Assembly (NCBI GenBank): GCA_015067705.1
Contig: SVLW01000010.1
Location: forward strand, 2,434-66,433
DNA: 64,000 nucleotides
From: Oscillospiraceae bacterium
Lineage (GTDB): Bacteria > Bacillota > Clostridia > Oscillospirales > QAMX01
Direction of reading: 5' to 3'
Shown here: piece after piece, positions 18,204 through 27,831 of the stretch
Numbering within the stretch: position 1 is the first letter of the stretch
Layout of the letters: each line of letters begins with the position of its first letter
Notes under the pieces: model-generated
Seen by the model: only the letters and a program-made list of their open reading frames with translations
Told to the model about the DNA's origin: nothing
Databases searched by the model: none
Translations under genes and position numbers: made by a program

Positions 18204-19268
18204 ATGACATCAACAGAACGTATTCGCGCCATGATCGCGGGCAAGCCCGTGGATCAGATTTGTCAGTCTGCCTGGTGGCATATGCCCATGGTGGATAAAA
18301 ACCCCAAGGATCTGGCCAAGGCCATCATTGATTTTACGGAAAACAACCACTTTGACTTTGTGAAGATGATGTACAACACCCTCTTCTTCGCCCAGAACTT
18401 CGGCGTGGAGGTGGCATACTCCCAGGATCCCCTGGTCTGGATGCCCAAGGTGGTGCATCAGGTGATCAATCACCCTGCGGATTTCAAGAAATTCCGTCCT
18501 ATCTCTGTGACGGAGGGCAATCTGGGCCGCCAGCTGGAGGCCACCAAGATTGTCATCGACCACTTCCAGGGCACCGTCCCCATCGTGGGCACCACCTTTA
18601 CGGATCTCTCCTTCTATAAGGATATTCTGACCTTTGGCTGGAACGAATGTGTCCTGGCCGGTATGGAATACCACCGGCAGGAGCTACATGATGCGCTGGA
18701 AATCATCAACGAGCAGAACGTGCGCTGGATCGAGGCGTTGGCGGAGATTGGCGTGGACGGGATGTTCATTGCCTCCCACTATGCCACCGACGACTGGCTG
18801 GACGACGCCGCATTTGATGAGTTCTGCCGCCCCTATGATCTGAAGCTCATCGAGGCCGCGAACCGGAAGATGTGGTTCAATATGTTCCACGTCCACGGCA
18901 GCGGAAAGCTCTCCTTCCACCGCTTTGTGGATTATCCTGTCCAGGCCCTCACCTGGGAGGATATCTGGGGCGCACCGGACTGCACCAGTTTCGCCGACGC
19001 CGCCAAACTGGTGGACGACCGGAAGATCTTCATCGGCGGCATCGAGATGTGGAGCGATTACTACAGCGCCTCAAACGACCGCGAGGAAGTGAAGGAACGC
19101 TTAAAGCAGCGCTGCCGCGACGCCGTGAACGCCGTGGGCAAGGACCGCTTTATTCTGGCGCCCGGCTGCGGCGCACCCCTGGACGTGCCGCCCTATCGCT
19201 TCACCCTCCAGCATGAGGCCGTCATGGAAGTGACGGAAGAACTGCGGGCAGCGGGAAAATGCTGCTGA
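18204..19268 (+). CDS. Uroporphyrinogen decarboxylase (URO-D) family protein (MtaA/CmuA-like methyltransferase fold)
   Basis: N-terminal 'ERIRAMIAGKPVD' and overall URO-D-like length and pattern. The start was set at the ATG at 18204, which has SD AAGGAG. Confidence 0.7.
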   Translation: MTSTERIRAMIAGKPVDQICQSAWWHMPMVDKNPKDLAKAIIDFTENNHFDFVKMMYNTLFFAQNFGVEVAYSQDPLVWMPKVVHQVINHPADFKKFRPISVTEGNLGRQLEATKIVIDHFQGTVPIVGTTFTDLSFYKDILTFGWNECVLAGMEYHRQELHDALEIINEQNVRWIEALAEIGVDGMFIASHYATDDWLDDAAFDEFCRPYDLKLIEAANRKMWFNMFHVHGSGKLSFHRFVDYPVQALTWEDIWGAPDCTSFADAAKLVDDRKIFIGGIEMWSDYYSASNDREEVKERLKQRCRDAVNAVGKDRFILAPGCGAPLDVPPYRFTLQHEAVMEVTEELRAAGKCC

Positions 19269-19288
19269 AAAAAAGTTTTCCGAACCCC

Positions 19289-19317
19289 TTGACTTTTCCT
19301 CTTTACCGTAGTAAAAT
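19289..19317 (+). promoter_or_regulatory. SigA-type promoter of the T-box leader
   Basis: TTGACT(19289)-17 nt-TAAAAT(19312). Confidence 0.55.
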
Positions 19318-19339
19318 CGTTTTCATCAACCAAATACGT

Positions 19340-19630
19340 TGTATACCGCAAATGCGTGGAGCAGAAACCAGTAGGTTGGAAAGAACCGCCAAGAGAATTG
19401 CCGGATGGTGCGAGGCAAGGGGGGCGTCCTTCTCGAATTCATTCTGTTAGCAGTGCCCTGAATGGGAGCGATCCCTAGTAGGAGGCAACGGGTGTTCCCG
19501 TTACAGAACTAAGGTATGTCAGTACCTGACAAGGCCGCAATCGCGAGAGCGCGGCGAACTGAGGTGGTACCACGGGATCTGATCATCTCGTCCTCTGTAT
19601 TCTTCATCGGAATGCAGAGGACGTTTTTTC
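19340..19630 (+). promoter_or_regulatory. T-box riboswitch leader, specifier UUC (Phe)
   Basis: Stem I elements: AGUA (19370s), AGAGA (19391-19396) and distal GGUGCGA (19407-19413). The specifier loop reads GAA-UUC-A, with UUC at 19438-19440. The conserved T-box sequence AACUGAGGUGGUACCACGG lies at 19557-19575. The terminator CGTCCTCTG/CAGAGGACG plus T6 lies at 19589-19629. Confidence 0.85.
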
Positions 19631-19698
19631 TTTGCAAACCGAGTTTCTAAAGTACGCCGCGGGGAATCCCCCGGGCAAAGCAGGAAAGGGTCACACAT

Positions 19699-21006
19699 AT
19701 GGCACAGAATTATTACCAGAAAGAAATTGAAACCATGTCCCGCGAGGAGATGCGGAAACTCCAGTCGGAAAAACTCGTCAAACAGGTGAAGCACGTCTAT
19801 GAAAACGTGCCCTATTACCGCAATCTCATGGAGGAAAAGGGCGTCACGCCCGCAGACATCCAGAGCATCGATGATCTCCACAAGCTGCCTTTCCTTTCAA
19901 AGGCCGATCTGCGGGACGCCTATCCCTACGGCCTCCTGGCAAAGCCCCTTGCGGACTGTGTCCGCATCCAGTCCACCTCCGGCACCACCGGCCGCCGCGT
20001 GGTGGCATTCTACACCCAGAATGACATCAACCTCTGGGAGGACTGCTGCGCCCGCGCCATCATGGCCGCAGGCGGCACCAACGAGGATGTCTGCCAGGTG
20101 GCATACGGCTACGGCCTGTTCACCGGCGGCCCCGGCCTCAACGGCGGTTCTCACAAGGTGGGCTGTCTGACGCTGCCCATGTCCTCCGGTAATACCGAGC
20201 GGCAGATCCAGTTCATGATGGACTTAAACGCCACCATTCTCTGCTGCACGCCCTCTTACGCCGCCTATATCGGCGAGACCCTGAAGGAACAGGGCTATAC
20301 CCCCGACCAGATCCCGCTGAAGGCCGGTATCTTCGGTGCAGAGCCCTGGACCGAGGAAATGCGCCGCGGCATCGAGGCCTCCCTTGGCATCAAGGCCTAT
20401 GATATCTATGGTCTTACGGAGACCACCGGCCCCGGTGTGGCATTCGAATGCAGCGAGCAGACCGGCATGCACGTGAACGAGGACCACTTCTTCGCCGAGA
20501 TCATCGATCCGGACACCGGTGAAGTGCTGCCCGAGGGCAGCAAGGGCGAGCTGGTGTTCACCTCTCTTGATAAGGAGGCCTTCCCCCTCCTGCGTTACCG
20601 CACCCGCGATATCTGCGTGCTGTCCCGCGAAAAGTGTTCCTGCGGCCGCACCCTCATCAAGATGGCAAAGCCCATGGGCAGAACCGACGATATGCTCATC
20701 ATCCGCGGCGTCAACGTGTTCCCCAGCCAGATCGAAACCGTCCTCCTGAACGAGGGCTATCAGCCCAACTACCAGATCGTGGTGGATCGCGTCCGCAACA
20801 ACGACACCTTCGAGGTCAACGTGGAAATGAGCCCCGATCAGTTCACCGATAAGGTCAGCGAGATCCTCACCATGGAGAAGTCCCTGGCCAACGCCATGAA
20901 GGCCATGCTGGGCATCAATCCGGCAGTGCATCTGGTGGCGCCCAAGACCATCGCCCGCAGCGAAGGCAAGGCCGTCCGTGTCATCGACAAGCGCAAGCTG
21001 ATCTGA
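19699..21006 (+). CDS. paaK: Phenylacetate-CoA ligase family adenylate-forming enzyme
   Basis: 'SSGTTG' AMP-binding motif, 'YGLTE', 'RTDDMLIIRGVNVFPSQIE', about 435 aa (PaaK-like). Confidence 0.85.
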   Translation: MAQNYYQKEIETMSREEMRKLQSEKLVKQVKHVYENVPYYRNLMEEKGVTPADIQSIDDLHKLPFLSKADLRDAYPYGLLAKPLADCVRIQSTSGTTGRRVVAFYTQNDINLWEDCCARAIMAAGGTNEDVCQVAYGYGLFTGGPGLNGGSHKVGCLTLPMSSGNTERQIQFMMDLNATILCCTPSYAAYIGETLKEQGYTPDQIPLKAGIFGAEPWTEEMRRGIEASLGIKAYDIYGLTETTGPGVAFECSEQTGMHVNEDHFFAEIIDPDTGEVLPEGSKGELVFTSLDKEAFPLLRYRTRDICVLSREKCSCGRTLIKMAKPMGRTDDMLIIRGVNVFPSQIETVLLNEGYQPNYQIVVDRVRNNDTFEVNVEMSPDQFTDKVSEILTMEKSLANAMKAMLGINPAVHLVAPKTIARSEGKAVRVIDKRKLI

Positions 21007-21030
21007 AATAAAGGGTTTCATTGAAAGGAG

Positions 21031-21471
21031 TTGTCAGATATGGCCATCAAGCAGTTAACGATTTTTGTGCAGAACAAAAGAGGCACCATCGTCCCCGTGA
21101 CGAAAATCCTGGCAGATAACGAAGTGAATCTGAGAGCACTTTCCATCGCGGAAACCAATGACTTCGGCATTCTGCGTCTCATCGTCAATGACGAGGTCAC
21201 CGCAGAAAAGGCTCTGCGGGACGCCGGCTATCTTCTGAAGGTCATCGACGTGGTGGGCGTGAAGATCGGCGACCAGCCCGGCAAGCTCTCCTCTGCTCTG
21301 GAGGTGCTGGACAACGCGGATATCAACGTGGAATACCTCTACGCCTTTATGGCAAGAACGGAGCGTCATGCCTATGTGGTGCTGCGCGTGGAGGATAACG
21401 CCGCCGCAGAGGCAGTCCTGACGAACGCCGGCTTCCACATGATCACCGAGGCAGATATCAATAAGCTGTAA
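21031..21471 (+). CDS. ACT domain-containing protein
   Basis: Two ACT-like beta-alpha-beta-beta-alpha-beta repeats (LTIFVQNKRGTIVPVTKILAD...). It has a classic position directly after paaK-like genes. Confidence 0.78.
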   Translation: MSDMAIKQLTIFVQNKRGTIVPVTKILADNEVNLRALSIAETNDFGILRLIVNDEVTAEKALRDAGYLLKVIDVVGVKIGDQPGKLSSALEVLDNADINVEYLYAFMARTERHAYVVLRVEDNAAAEAVLTNAGFHMITEADINKL

Positions 21472-21484
21472 TCAGAAATACGAA

Positions 21485-21513
21485 ACCCCCGGCCATCCGG
21501 CCGGGGGTTTTTC
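21485..21513 (+). terminator. Intrinsic terminator after the paaK-ACT operon
   Basis: Stem ACCCCCGGCC/GGCCGGGGGT followed by TTTTT. Confidence 0.75.
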
Positions 21514-21526
21514 CTTATGACAGGGC

Positions 21527-22477
21527 TCAAATTCCCTTGAAAAGCACTTTCATGGAATTCCAGAGATAATACGGCACCAGGAAGTCGGTGTGGTAGAAAT
21601 CGGAGATGGCAAAATAGATATTATTCTTCACAGGATCCGTACCGTAGGAGAAGCCGTCGAACTTGGTGACGAACTTCATCTGGCGCTTCATTTCCTCTGC
21701 GTCGGGATTGCCGCAGGAGGCATAGATAAAGAAGGGCAGCTCGGGATTTTTCTGCATGCCAGCGGTGAGGAAGTCATAGACCTCGGCCTCCGTGGGGGTC
21801 TCGCCCCGGGGCTTGCCGGCGCCGATGTGGCCGCTCATGGGCGCGTACCAGCGGAAATACTCGAAATCCTTACTGATAATATTCCAGGTACAGCCGCAGC
21901 CGCGGGAATAACCGGTGAAGGCGCGATGGTCGCGGGTGGCGCGAATGCCCTCCCGGGAGGGATCGGTGAGGTAGGTATTGTACTTCATCTCCACCAGGGG
22001 GATGATGTCCTCGACAATCTCCTTGTAGTAATTTCCCTTGATCTCGGGCCAGCCGCCGTCGCCTGCCGCCACGCGGCCGGAGACCACACGCTCGCCATAA
22101 TCGCCCTCGGGATCCATATAATAGGTGATAAAGGCCATGATGCAGGGCTCGATCTCACCGGACTCGAAGAGCATATCGATCATGGGCTTGTTGCCGCCCA
22201 CGCCAAAGATCTGCGGGTCACAGGTGTTGCCATGCTGGAAATAGAGGACGTTATATTTCTTTTCCTTGTCCTCGGGGTCATAGCCGTAGGGCAGATAGAC
22301 ATAGCAGTATTTCTGATAGGTCTTGCCGTCCTCATAGACTGCCGTGGTGTACGCAAGGCGCTCGCATTTACCGGCCTTTGTGGGCACGCCGGTGCGGATC
22401 CGGGGATGTTCCTCAAACACGGTCTCGAAATCGATGACCTCGCCGGGCTTCGTGATCACTTTACGGAATTCGCTCAT
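21527..22477 (-). CDS. Alpha/beta-hydrolase 'putative esterase' family protein (feruloyl/xylan esterase-like)
   Basis: 'Y.YLP.GYD', nucleophile elbow 'GYSRG'. The start was set at the ATG at 22477, which has SD AGGAG. Confidence 0.72.
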   Translation of the reverse strand: MSEFRKVITKPGEVIDFETVFEEHPRIRTGVPTKAGKCERLAYTTAVYEDGKTYQKYCYVYLPYGYDPEDKEKKYNVLYFQHGNTCDPQIFGVGGNKPMIDMLFESGEIEPCIMAFITYYMDPEGDYGERVVSGRVAAGDGGWPEIKGNYYKEIVEDIIPLVEMKYNTYLTDPSREGIRATRDHRAFTGYSRGCGCTWNIISKDFEYFRWYAPMSGHIGAGKPRGETPTEAEVYDFLTAGMQKNPELPFFIYASCGNPDAEEMKRQMKFVTKFDGFSYGTDPVKNNIYFAISDFYHTDFLVPYYLWNSMKVLFKGI

Positions 22478-22659
22478 CTCGATTGCTCCTTTCTCAACAT
22501 GGTGGATACGGTCGGATAGAGAGGCCCCAGAATCAGGCCTCAGCACTCTGGCTACAGTATACATTTTTTGAAAGGAATCGGCAAGCGGTTTTGTGAATTT
22601 TTATATCGTTTTCTCAAAAAAATCGGAATTCGACAGGATTCCGGGAAAGAATCGTCTGC

Positions 22660-23505
22660 TTAAAACTTCTCAAAGCCGATGAGCAGGCCGCCTTTTTCGG
22701 CGTAATAGCTGCAAAGGCCCCGACAGGCGTGGATTTTCACCTCGGCATGACGCAGGGTTTCCTGGATCATGCGGCGGATCTCCTGGGCCGCCACCTCGTT
22801 CCGGCAGTGGGCAATCATCACCCGGCCCTTCTTAAGGCCCGCAGCCTTCAGATTGTTCAGGAGGGTGGCCAGAGACTTTTCCTCGCCCCGGCATTTATTG
22901 GTGGGCTCCAGGGTGCCGGCATCGCTGGCTTTGCCGATGACGCGAATGCCCAGAACGCCCGCGATCTTCGCCACCGCCGGGGAGACTCGGCCGTTGGCGG
23001 CAAAGTTTTTCAGAGATTCCAGCATGAAGATCAGGCCGGTAGACTCCTTGTATGTCTCGATCTTCCGGCGGATCTCCTCAAAGGGCAGATCTTTCTCCAG
23101 ATACTCCCCCAGTTTCCGGATGAGCAGCACCAGTTCCGGCCCGGCGGAGAGGGAGTCCACCACCAAGACCAGTCTGCCGGGATGGGCATCCTCATAGAGC
23201 TGCGCCGCGGCGCAGGCGGCGTTATAGCTGCCGGACAGGCCGCTGGTGAGGGTGACGCAGTACACTTCCTCCGCGTCGCCGAAGGCCGCCAGCCAGTCGC
23301 CGGTGCTGGGGCAGGAGGTCTTTGATTTGCCCTTATAGCTGTCAAACCAGTCCACCATACCGTCCACGTCCAGCGCGGCATTGTCCACAAATTCCCGCTC
23401 CCCCGCCACGATCTTCAGCGGTGCGGATGCAAAGGGGATGTTCTCAAGGGCAAGCAGATCCGCAGAGGAATCCGCCACAATTTTCACCGTTCTCATATGG
23501 TTCAC
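22660..23505 (-). CDS. DegV family fatty-acid-binding protein
   Basis: 'KIVADSSADL', 'TS.PS.GD', 'SS.LSG.Y', 281 aa. Confidence 0.85.
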   Translation of the reverse strand: MNHMRTVKIVADSSADLLALENIPFASAPLKIVAGEREFVDNAALDVDGMVDWFDSYKGKSKTSCPSTGDWLAAFGDAEEVYCVTLTSGLSGSYNAACAAAQLYEDAHPGRLVLVVDSLSAGPELVLLIRKLGEYLEKDLPFEEIRRKIETYKESTGLIFMLESLKNFAANGRVSPAVAKIAGVLGIRVIGKASDAGTLEPTNKCRGEEKSLATLLNNLKAAGLKKGRVMIAHCRNEVAAQEIRRMIQETLRHAEVKIHACRGLCSYYAEKGGLLIGFEKF

Positions 23506-23532
23506 CTTTCCATGATCCTTTCGGATATCGAC

Positions 23533-23988
23533 TCAGCGCTCCGGGAGTCCGTCCCGGCTCAGGGTTTGCAGATTTACGGCGATCTGCTCCAGACAACGAT
23601 AGAACACTTCCCGATCCTGATCGGTGAGACCGGAGCCGGCCAGCTCCACCGCCAATGCGGCGCGCTCCTGCACCTGTTGTGCCGCCTGTCGTCCCTCGGG
23701 AGTCAAAAGCAGACGGGCGCGGTAGAGATTGCCGCCCACGGCCTCCCGCCGTACCAGGTCCCGCTTCTCCAAAATCCCCACCATACGGGACACATCCGCC
23801 TTGTTCTTCCGGCACAGCTCCCCCAGACGCGCGGCGGTGATGCCCTCCGCATGGTGATAGAGCGTGGTGAGATACACCGCGTGGGGACTGTTGAGCTCAT
23901 ATTTGGCCATTTCCTCCGCGGCCAGCTTGTGCCAGCATCGGTCGATCTCGGAGATGGCAAGGGAAAAACGGGAAAAGCGGTTCAGCAT
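23533..23988 (-). CDS. MarR family transcriptional regulator
   Basis: Winged-HTH pattern 'ITAARLGELCRKNKADVSRMVGILEKRDLVRRE'. SD GGAGGAA precedes the ATG at 23988. Confidence 0.8.
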   Translation of the reverse strand: MLNRFSRFSLAISEIDRCWHKLAAEEMAKYELNSPHAVYLTTLYHHAEGITAARLGELCRKNKADVSRMVGILEKRDLVRREAVGGNLYRARLLLTPEGRQAAQQVQERAALAVELAGSGLTDQDREVFYRCLEQIAVNLQTLSRDGLPER

Positions 23989-24082
23989 ACGATTCCTCCG
24001 CAAAAGATGTTGCAGGTTCAACTTCCGACAGTATACACCAGGGAGGAAGTCCCTGTCAACGGTCTGTCCCGCCGCGGAGAAC

Positions 24083-24118
24083 AAAAAAATCGCATCCTGT
24101 GACAGGCACAGGATGCGA
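24083..24118 (-). terminator. Intrinsic terminator after the alanine symporter gene
   Basis: Stem TCGCATCCTGTG/CACAGGATGCGA. On the minus strand it is followed by T7. Confidence 0.75.
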
Positions 24119-24127
24119 AATCCGGAC

Positions 24128-25519
24128 TCAGTTCTTTTCCTTCCGGAAGTGTTCTTTCATCAGCCAGACCACCACGGGAGTGAGCAGGAACACGCCGATC
24201 AGGTTGGGGACGGTCATAAAGCCGTTGAAGGTCTCGCTGATGCTCCAGATGAGGCCCAGATCTACGGTGGCGCCCACGATGGAGATCAGGGCGTAAGCCA
24301 CATAGAAGGGCAGCAGGATCTTACTGCCAAAAATAAACTCGGCACAGCGGGCGCCGTAAAGGCCCCAGCCGATGATGGTGGAGAACGCGAAGCAGCACAT
24401 AGCAATGGCGGTGAAGATGGACACCCAGCTGCCGTACACTGTGGTGAAGCCGCTGATGGTCAGTTCCGCACCGGCGGCCTGGCCATAGGTGACGGGCGTG
24501 CCGCTGAGAAGAATGATCAGCGCCGTGAGGGTGCAGACCACGATGGTATCCATAAAGACCTCGAAGATGCCGAACATACCCTGGCGCACCGGCTCCTTCG
24601 TGTCGGCGCAGGCATGGGCGATGGAACCGGTACCGAGACCGGCTTCGTTTGAGAAGATGCCGCGGGCGATGCCCTTCTGCATGCTGAGGAACATACTGCC
24701 CACGATGCCGCCGGTGACGGCGGAGGGCTGGAACGCGCCGCGGAAGATGGCGCCAAAGACCATGCCCACCTGATCGATCTTCAACACCACAAGGCCGAGA
24801 CCCAGCAGGATATAAAGAAGCGCCATCACAGGCACCAGTTTTTCGGAGACCTTGCCAATGCGCTTGATGCCGCCGATGAGGATCAGCGCCACCAGAATGC
24901 AGATCAGAATGCCGATGAGGAGATTCGAGAGGCCCGTACCGTCGGGTGAAAGAATGGAATAATGGATGAGGGCGGTGTTGATGGAGGCGGTGATGGTGTT
25001 CACCTGGGTGGCATTGCCGGTGCCGAACACGGCGCAGATGCCGAAGAAGGCATAGAGATAGGCCAGCCACATCCACTTTTTGCCCAGACCGTTTTTGATG
25101 TAATACATGGGGCCGCCCACATAGTCGCCCTTGGCATTGCGCTCCCGGAAATGCACGGCCAGGGTCACCTCGGCGAACTTGGTGCCCATGCCGAGAAGGG
25201 CGGAGACCCACATCCAGAACACGGCGCCGGGGCCGCCGATGGCGATTGCGCCGGCCACACCGGCGATATTGCCCGTGCCCACCGTAGCGGCCAGCGCGGT
25301 GCACACCGCCTGGAAGGGCGTCATGGCGCCGTCCGCGGCCTTGGTCTTATCAAAGATGCGGCCGATGGTATGTTTCATGGCATAGCCGAATTTCCGGATC
25401 TGCAGGAAATTGGTGCGGATCGCCAGATAAAGACCCACGCCCAGAATGCAGACAATGGCCGGCACGCCCCAGATGAAATCATACAGCATCTGGTTCACAT
25501 TTGTAATGAATTCCAGCAT
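24128..25519 (-). CDS. Sodium:alanine (AGCS family) symporter
   Basis: 'TPFQA...ALAATVGTGNIAGVA.AI..GGPGA.FWMW' AGCS signature. The start was set at the ATG at 25519, which has SD GGAGG. Confidence 0.9.
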   Translation of the reverse strand: MLEFITNVNQMLYDFIWGVPAIVCILGVGLYLAIRTNFLQIRKFGYAMKHTIGRIFDKTKAADGAMTPFQAVCTALAATVGTGNIAGVAGAIAIGGPGAVFWMWVSALLGMGTKFAEVTLAVHFRERNAKGDYVGGPMYYIKNGLGKKWMWLAYLYAFFGICAVFGTGNATQVNTITASINTALIHYSILSPDGTGLSNLLIGILICILVALILIGGIKRIGKVSEKLVPVMALLYILLGLGLVVLKIDQVGMVFGAIFRGAFQPSAVTGGIVGSMFLSMQKGIARGIFSNEAGLGTGSIAHACADTKEPVRQGMFGIFEVFMDTIVVCTLTALIILLSGTPVTYGQAAGAELTISGFTTVYGSWVSIFTAIAMCCFAFSTIIGWGLYGARCAEFIFGSKILLPFYVAYALISIVGATVDLGLIWSISETFNGFMTVPNLIGVFLLTPVVVWLMKEHFRKEKN

Positions 25520-25693
25520 AGTTCCTCCAAATTGCAGGCAGAGAATTTCCCATCTCCGCCCGGATTCCTGATGAAAGGTATTATACCGTATTTTCAGAGA
25601 AAAAGATAGTCCAAATGCAGAAAAAGGAAAAAAGACGGGCACCCGGGGGATGAGATGCCTGTCTTTTTGAAAAAATGGATTTTTTTGTTTTTC

Positions 25694-26425
25694 TCACTGC
25701 CGCCGCATTTGCCGGAGGAACAGCCAGACCGCCAGAAGCATCAGTGCCGCCGCATAGCCCAGCACCCAAAGAAGATGCGGGAAGGCACCGGCGGAATCCC
25801 CCGCCAGCAGGGCGCGGCTCAGCTCCACCGCGTGGACAAAGGGTAGCACGTCTGCGATCTTCTGAAAGACACCGCCCACCAGCTCCAGATCAAACCAAAC
25901 GCCGGAGAGCCAGGCGGAGAGATTCGTGAGCAATGCGCCGCAGACGCCGCCCACCTGACGATCGGTGAGTATACTGCCGCAGAGAAGTCCCAGCGCGATA
26001 TAAAGCAGGGATACCGGAAGGATCCCCGCCACAGCATACAGGATCCGCCCCGTCACCGGCAGACCCAGGAGAATCCCGACCAGATAGCAGATCACGCACT
26101 GCAAAAGGGCAATGGGGATCATGGGCAGGGTATAACCCAGAATAAAATCCGCAGGCGTCAGCGGCGTGGTGTAGAGTCGCTGGAGAAAGGCCGTGCTGCG
26201 ATCCCGGGAGATCATAGTGGCGGAGAAAAGCGTCAGAAAAGACAGGCCGAACACCGCGATACCCGGGGTCAGATGCTCGATCGCAAAGAGCGGCACCGGC
26301 ACATTGGCCTGAATCGCGCTGAGCAGCAGGATCAGCACCAGAGGAAAGCCCAAACCAAAGGCCAGATTCAAAGGATCCCGCAGGATCTCTTTGGCGGTGC
26401 GGCCCGCAAATGCCAAAAGCCTCAT
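25694..26425 (-). CDS. ABC-2 type transporter permease
   Basis: Six-TM ABC-2 pattern. It overlaps the upstream ATPase gene by 4 nt. Confidence 0.78.
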   Translation of the reverse strand: MRLLAFAGRTAKEILRDPLNLAFGLGFPLVLILLLSAIQANVPVPLFAIEHLTPGIAVFGLSFLTLFSATMISRDRSTAFLQRLYTTPLTPADFILGYTLPMIPIALLQCVICYLVGILLGLPVTGRILYAVAGILPVSLLYIALGLLCGSILTDRQVGGVCGALLTNLSAWLSGVWFDLELVGGVFQKIADVLPFVHAVELSRALLAGDSAGAFPHLLWVLGYAAALMLLAVWLFLRQMRRQ

Positions 26426-27150
26426 ATCGTTTCCTCCTTTACGATGCGGATAAACGCCTCTTCAAAACGGTCTGTCCCGGTCAGCTCCATCAGTCGCGCC
26501 GCCGTGTCACAGCGGAGCAGGCGGCCATCCTTCATAATCGCAATGCGGTCGGAAAGAGCCTCGGCCTCTTCCATATAATGGGTGGTGAGGAGGATGGTGA
26601 TCTGTCCCTTGAGGGCGCGGATCAGATCCCAGAGCTCCGCCCGCGCCAACACATCCAGGCCCAGGGTGGGCTCATCCAGGAATAAAATCTGCGGCTCGCT
26701 GATCAGTGCCATGGCGATACTGAGCCGCCGCTGCATCCCACCGGACAGTTTTCCCGCCCTCCGGCGCAGCACGGCGGTGAGGCCCAGGCGCTCCGTGAGT
26801 TCCGCGATCTTCCCCGGCCGCTTCTCTTTCGAAATGCCGTGGATGCCGCATAAGAGCTCCAGATTTTCCTGCACGGTGAGGCCCGGGGCCACGGCGGTCT
26901 CCTGAGGCGACACGCCGATGAGCGCCTTCACGGCGGCGGCGTCCCGGACCACGCTCTTTCCCAGAAGAAGGGCGTCGCCCCCGGTGGGCGCAGTCAGGCA
27001 GGAGAACATCCGGATGGTGGTGCTTTTCCCGGCGCCGTTGACGCCCAGAAGAGAAAAAAGCTCCCCCTTCTGCACCGTGAGATTCAGATGATCCACCGCG
27101 GTCACATCCCGATAGGTTTTGGTCAAATCTCTGGTTTCAATCGCAATCAT
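26422..27150 (-). CDS. ABC transporter ATP-binding protein
   Basis: Walker A 'GVNGAGKST', signature 'LSGGMQRRL', Walker B 'LFLDEPT'. Confidence 0.9.
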   Translation of the reverse strand: MIAIETRDLTKTYRDVTAVDHLNLTVQKGELFSLLGVNGAGKSTTIRMFSCLTAPTGGDALLLGKSVVRDAAAVKALIGVSPQETAVAPGLTVQENLELLCGIHGISKEKRPGKIAELTERLGLTAVLRRRAGKLSGGMQRRLSIAMALISEPQILFLDEPTLGLDVLARAELWDLIRALKGQITILLTTHYMEEAEALSDRIAIMKDGRLLRCDTAARLMELTGTDRFEEAFIRIVKEETI

Positions 27151-27713
27151 ACAGACGCCTCCTCCTTCAGTTTTTGCCGGACGCCCTGATAAATATCCGT
27201 CAGCATCCTGCTGATCTGTTCCTCATCCAGCGACAGGAAGGACATGGCCGTCAGCGTGGCGATCCCATGAACCGCCACCCACAGTTCCATGTGCAGACGT
27301 TCGGCCATTTCCTGGGAAAAGCCGTTTGCCTGCATGATGAGCTCTATCGAGGCCATCCAGTCCGCCCTGAGCGGTACGCCCTCCTCCTTTCGGTCGCGGA
27401 AGAACAAAAGTCGAAAGAGCTCCCGCTCCTCCCCCGCGAACCGGATATAGGCCATGCCAAAGGCTTTATACGGCGGATACACGCCCCGGGCCCTCTCTGC
27501 CTCCAGATACCCGAAATATCGTTCGTACGCCGCCTCTGTCACCGCATGGTGCAGCTCCTCCATATTGACAAAATTGGAAAACACCGGCTGGGTGGAGCAA
27601 TGAAGCCGGGCGGCAATGGTTCTGGCGCCCAGTGCCTCTGCCCCGCTCTCCCGCACCAGCGCCAGGGCGGCCTCCACGATCTCTTCTCTGGTCACTTTCA
27701 CTTTCGGCGGCAT
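27147..27713 (-). CDS. TetR/AcrR family transcriptional regulator
   Basis: N-terminal HTH 'GARTIAARLHCSTQPVFSNF'. First gene of the TetR-ABC operon. Confidence 0.85.
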   Translation of the reverse strand: MPPKVKVTREEIVEAALALVRESGAEALGARTIAARLHCSTQPVFSNFVNMEELHHAVTEAAYERYFGYLEAERARGVYPPYKAFGMAYIRFAGEERELFRLLFFRDRKEEGVPLRADWMASIELIMQANGFSQEMAERLHMELWVAVHGIATLTAMSFLSLDEEQISRMLTDIYQGVRQKLKEEASV

Positions 27714-27831
27714 TCCTCGTTCCTCCAGAATAACATTCGTTATATATCCTTCGTTATTTTATCACAGTGTTTGATCTGATGCAAGCCCCAAAAAGGAATC
27801 GCCGTCCCGCGGGACGGCGATTTTGACAGAT

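Noticed and set aside
24321-25304. 327-aa minus-strand ORF inside the alanine symporter gene
   Set aside because: It is an out-of-frame overlap with the AGCS gene, and its Arg/His/Gly-rich translation does not look like a protein.
25520-25640. Possible glycine or amino-acid riboswitch upstream of the alanine symporter
   Set aside because: The leader between the TATAAT element and the start codon is only about 60 nt and lacks the conserved riboswitch cores. It is only a promoter plus SD.
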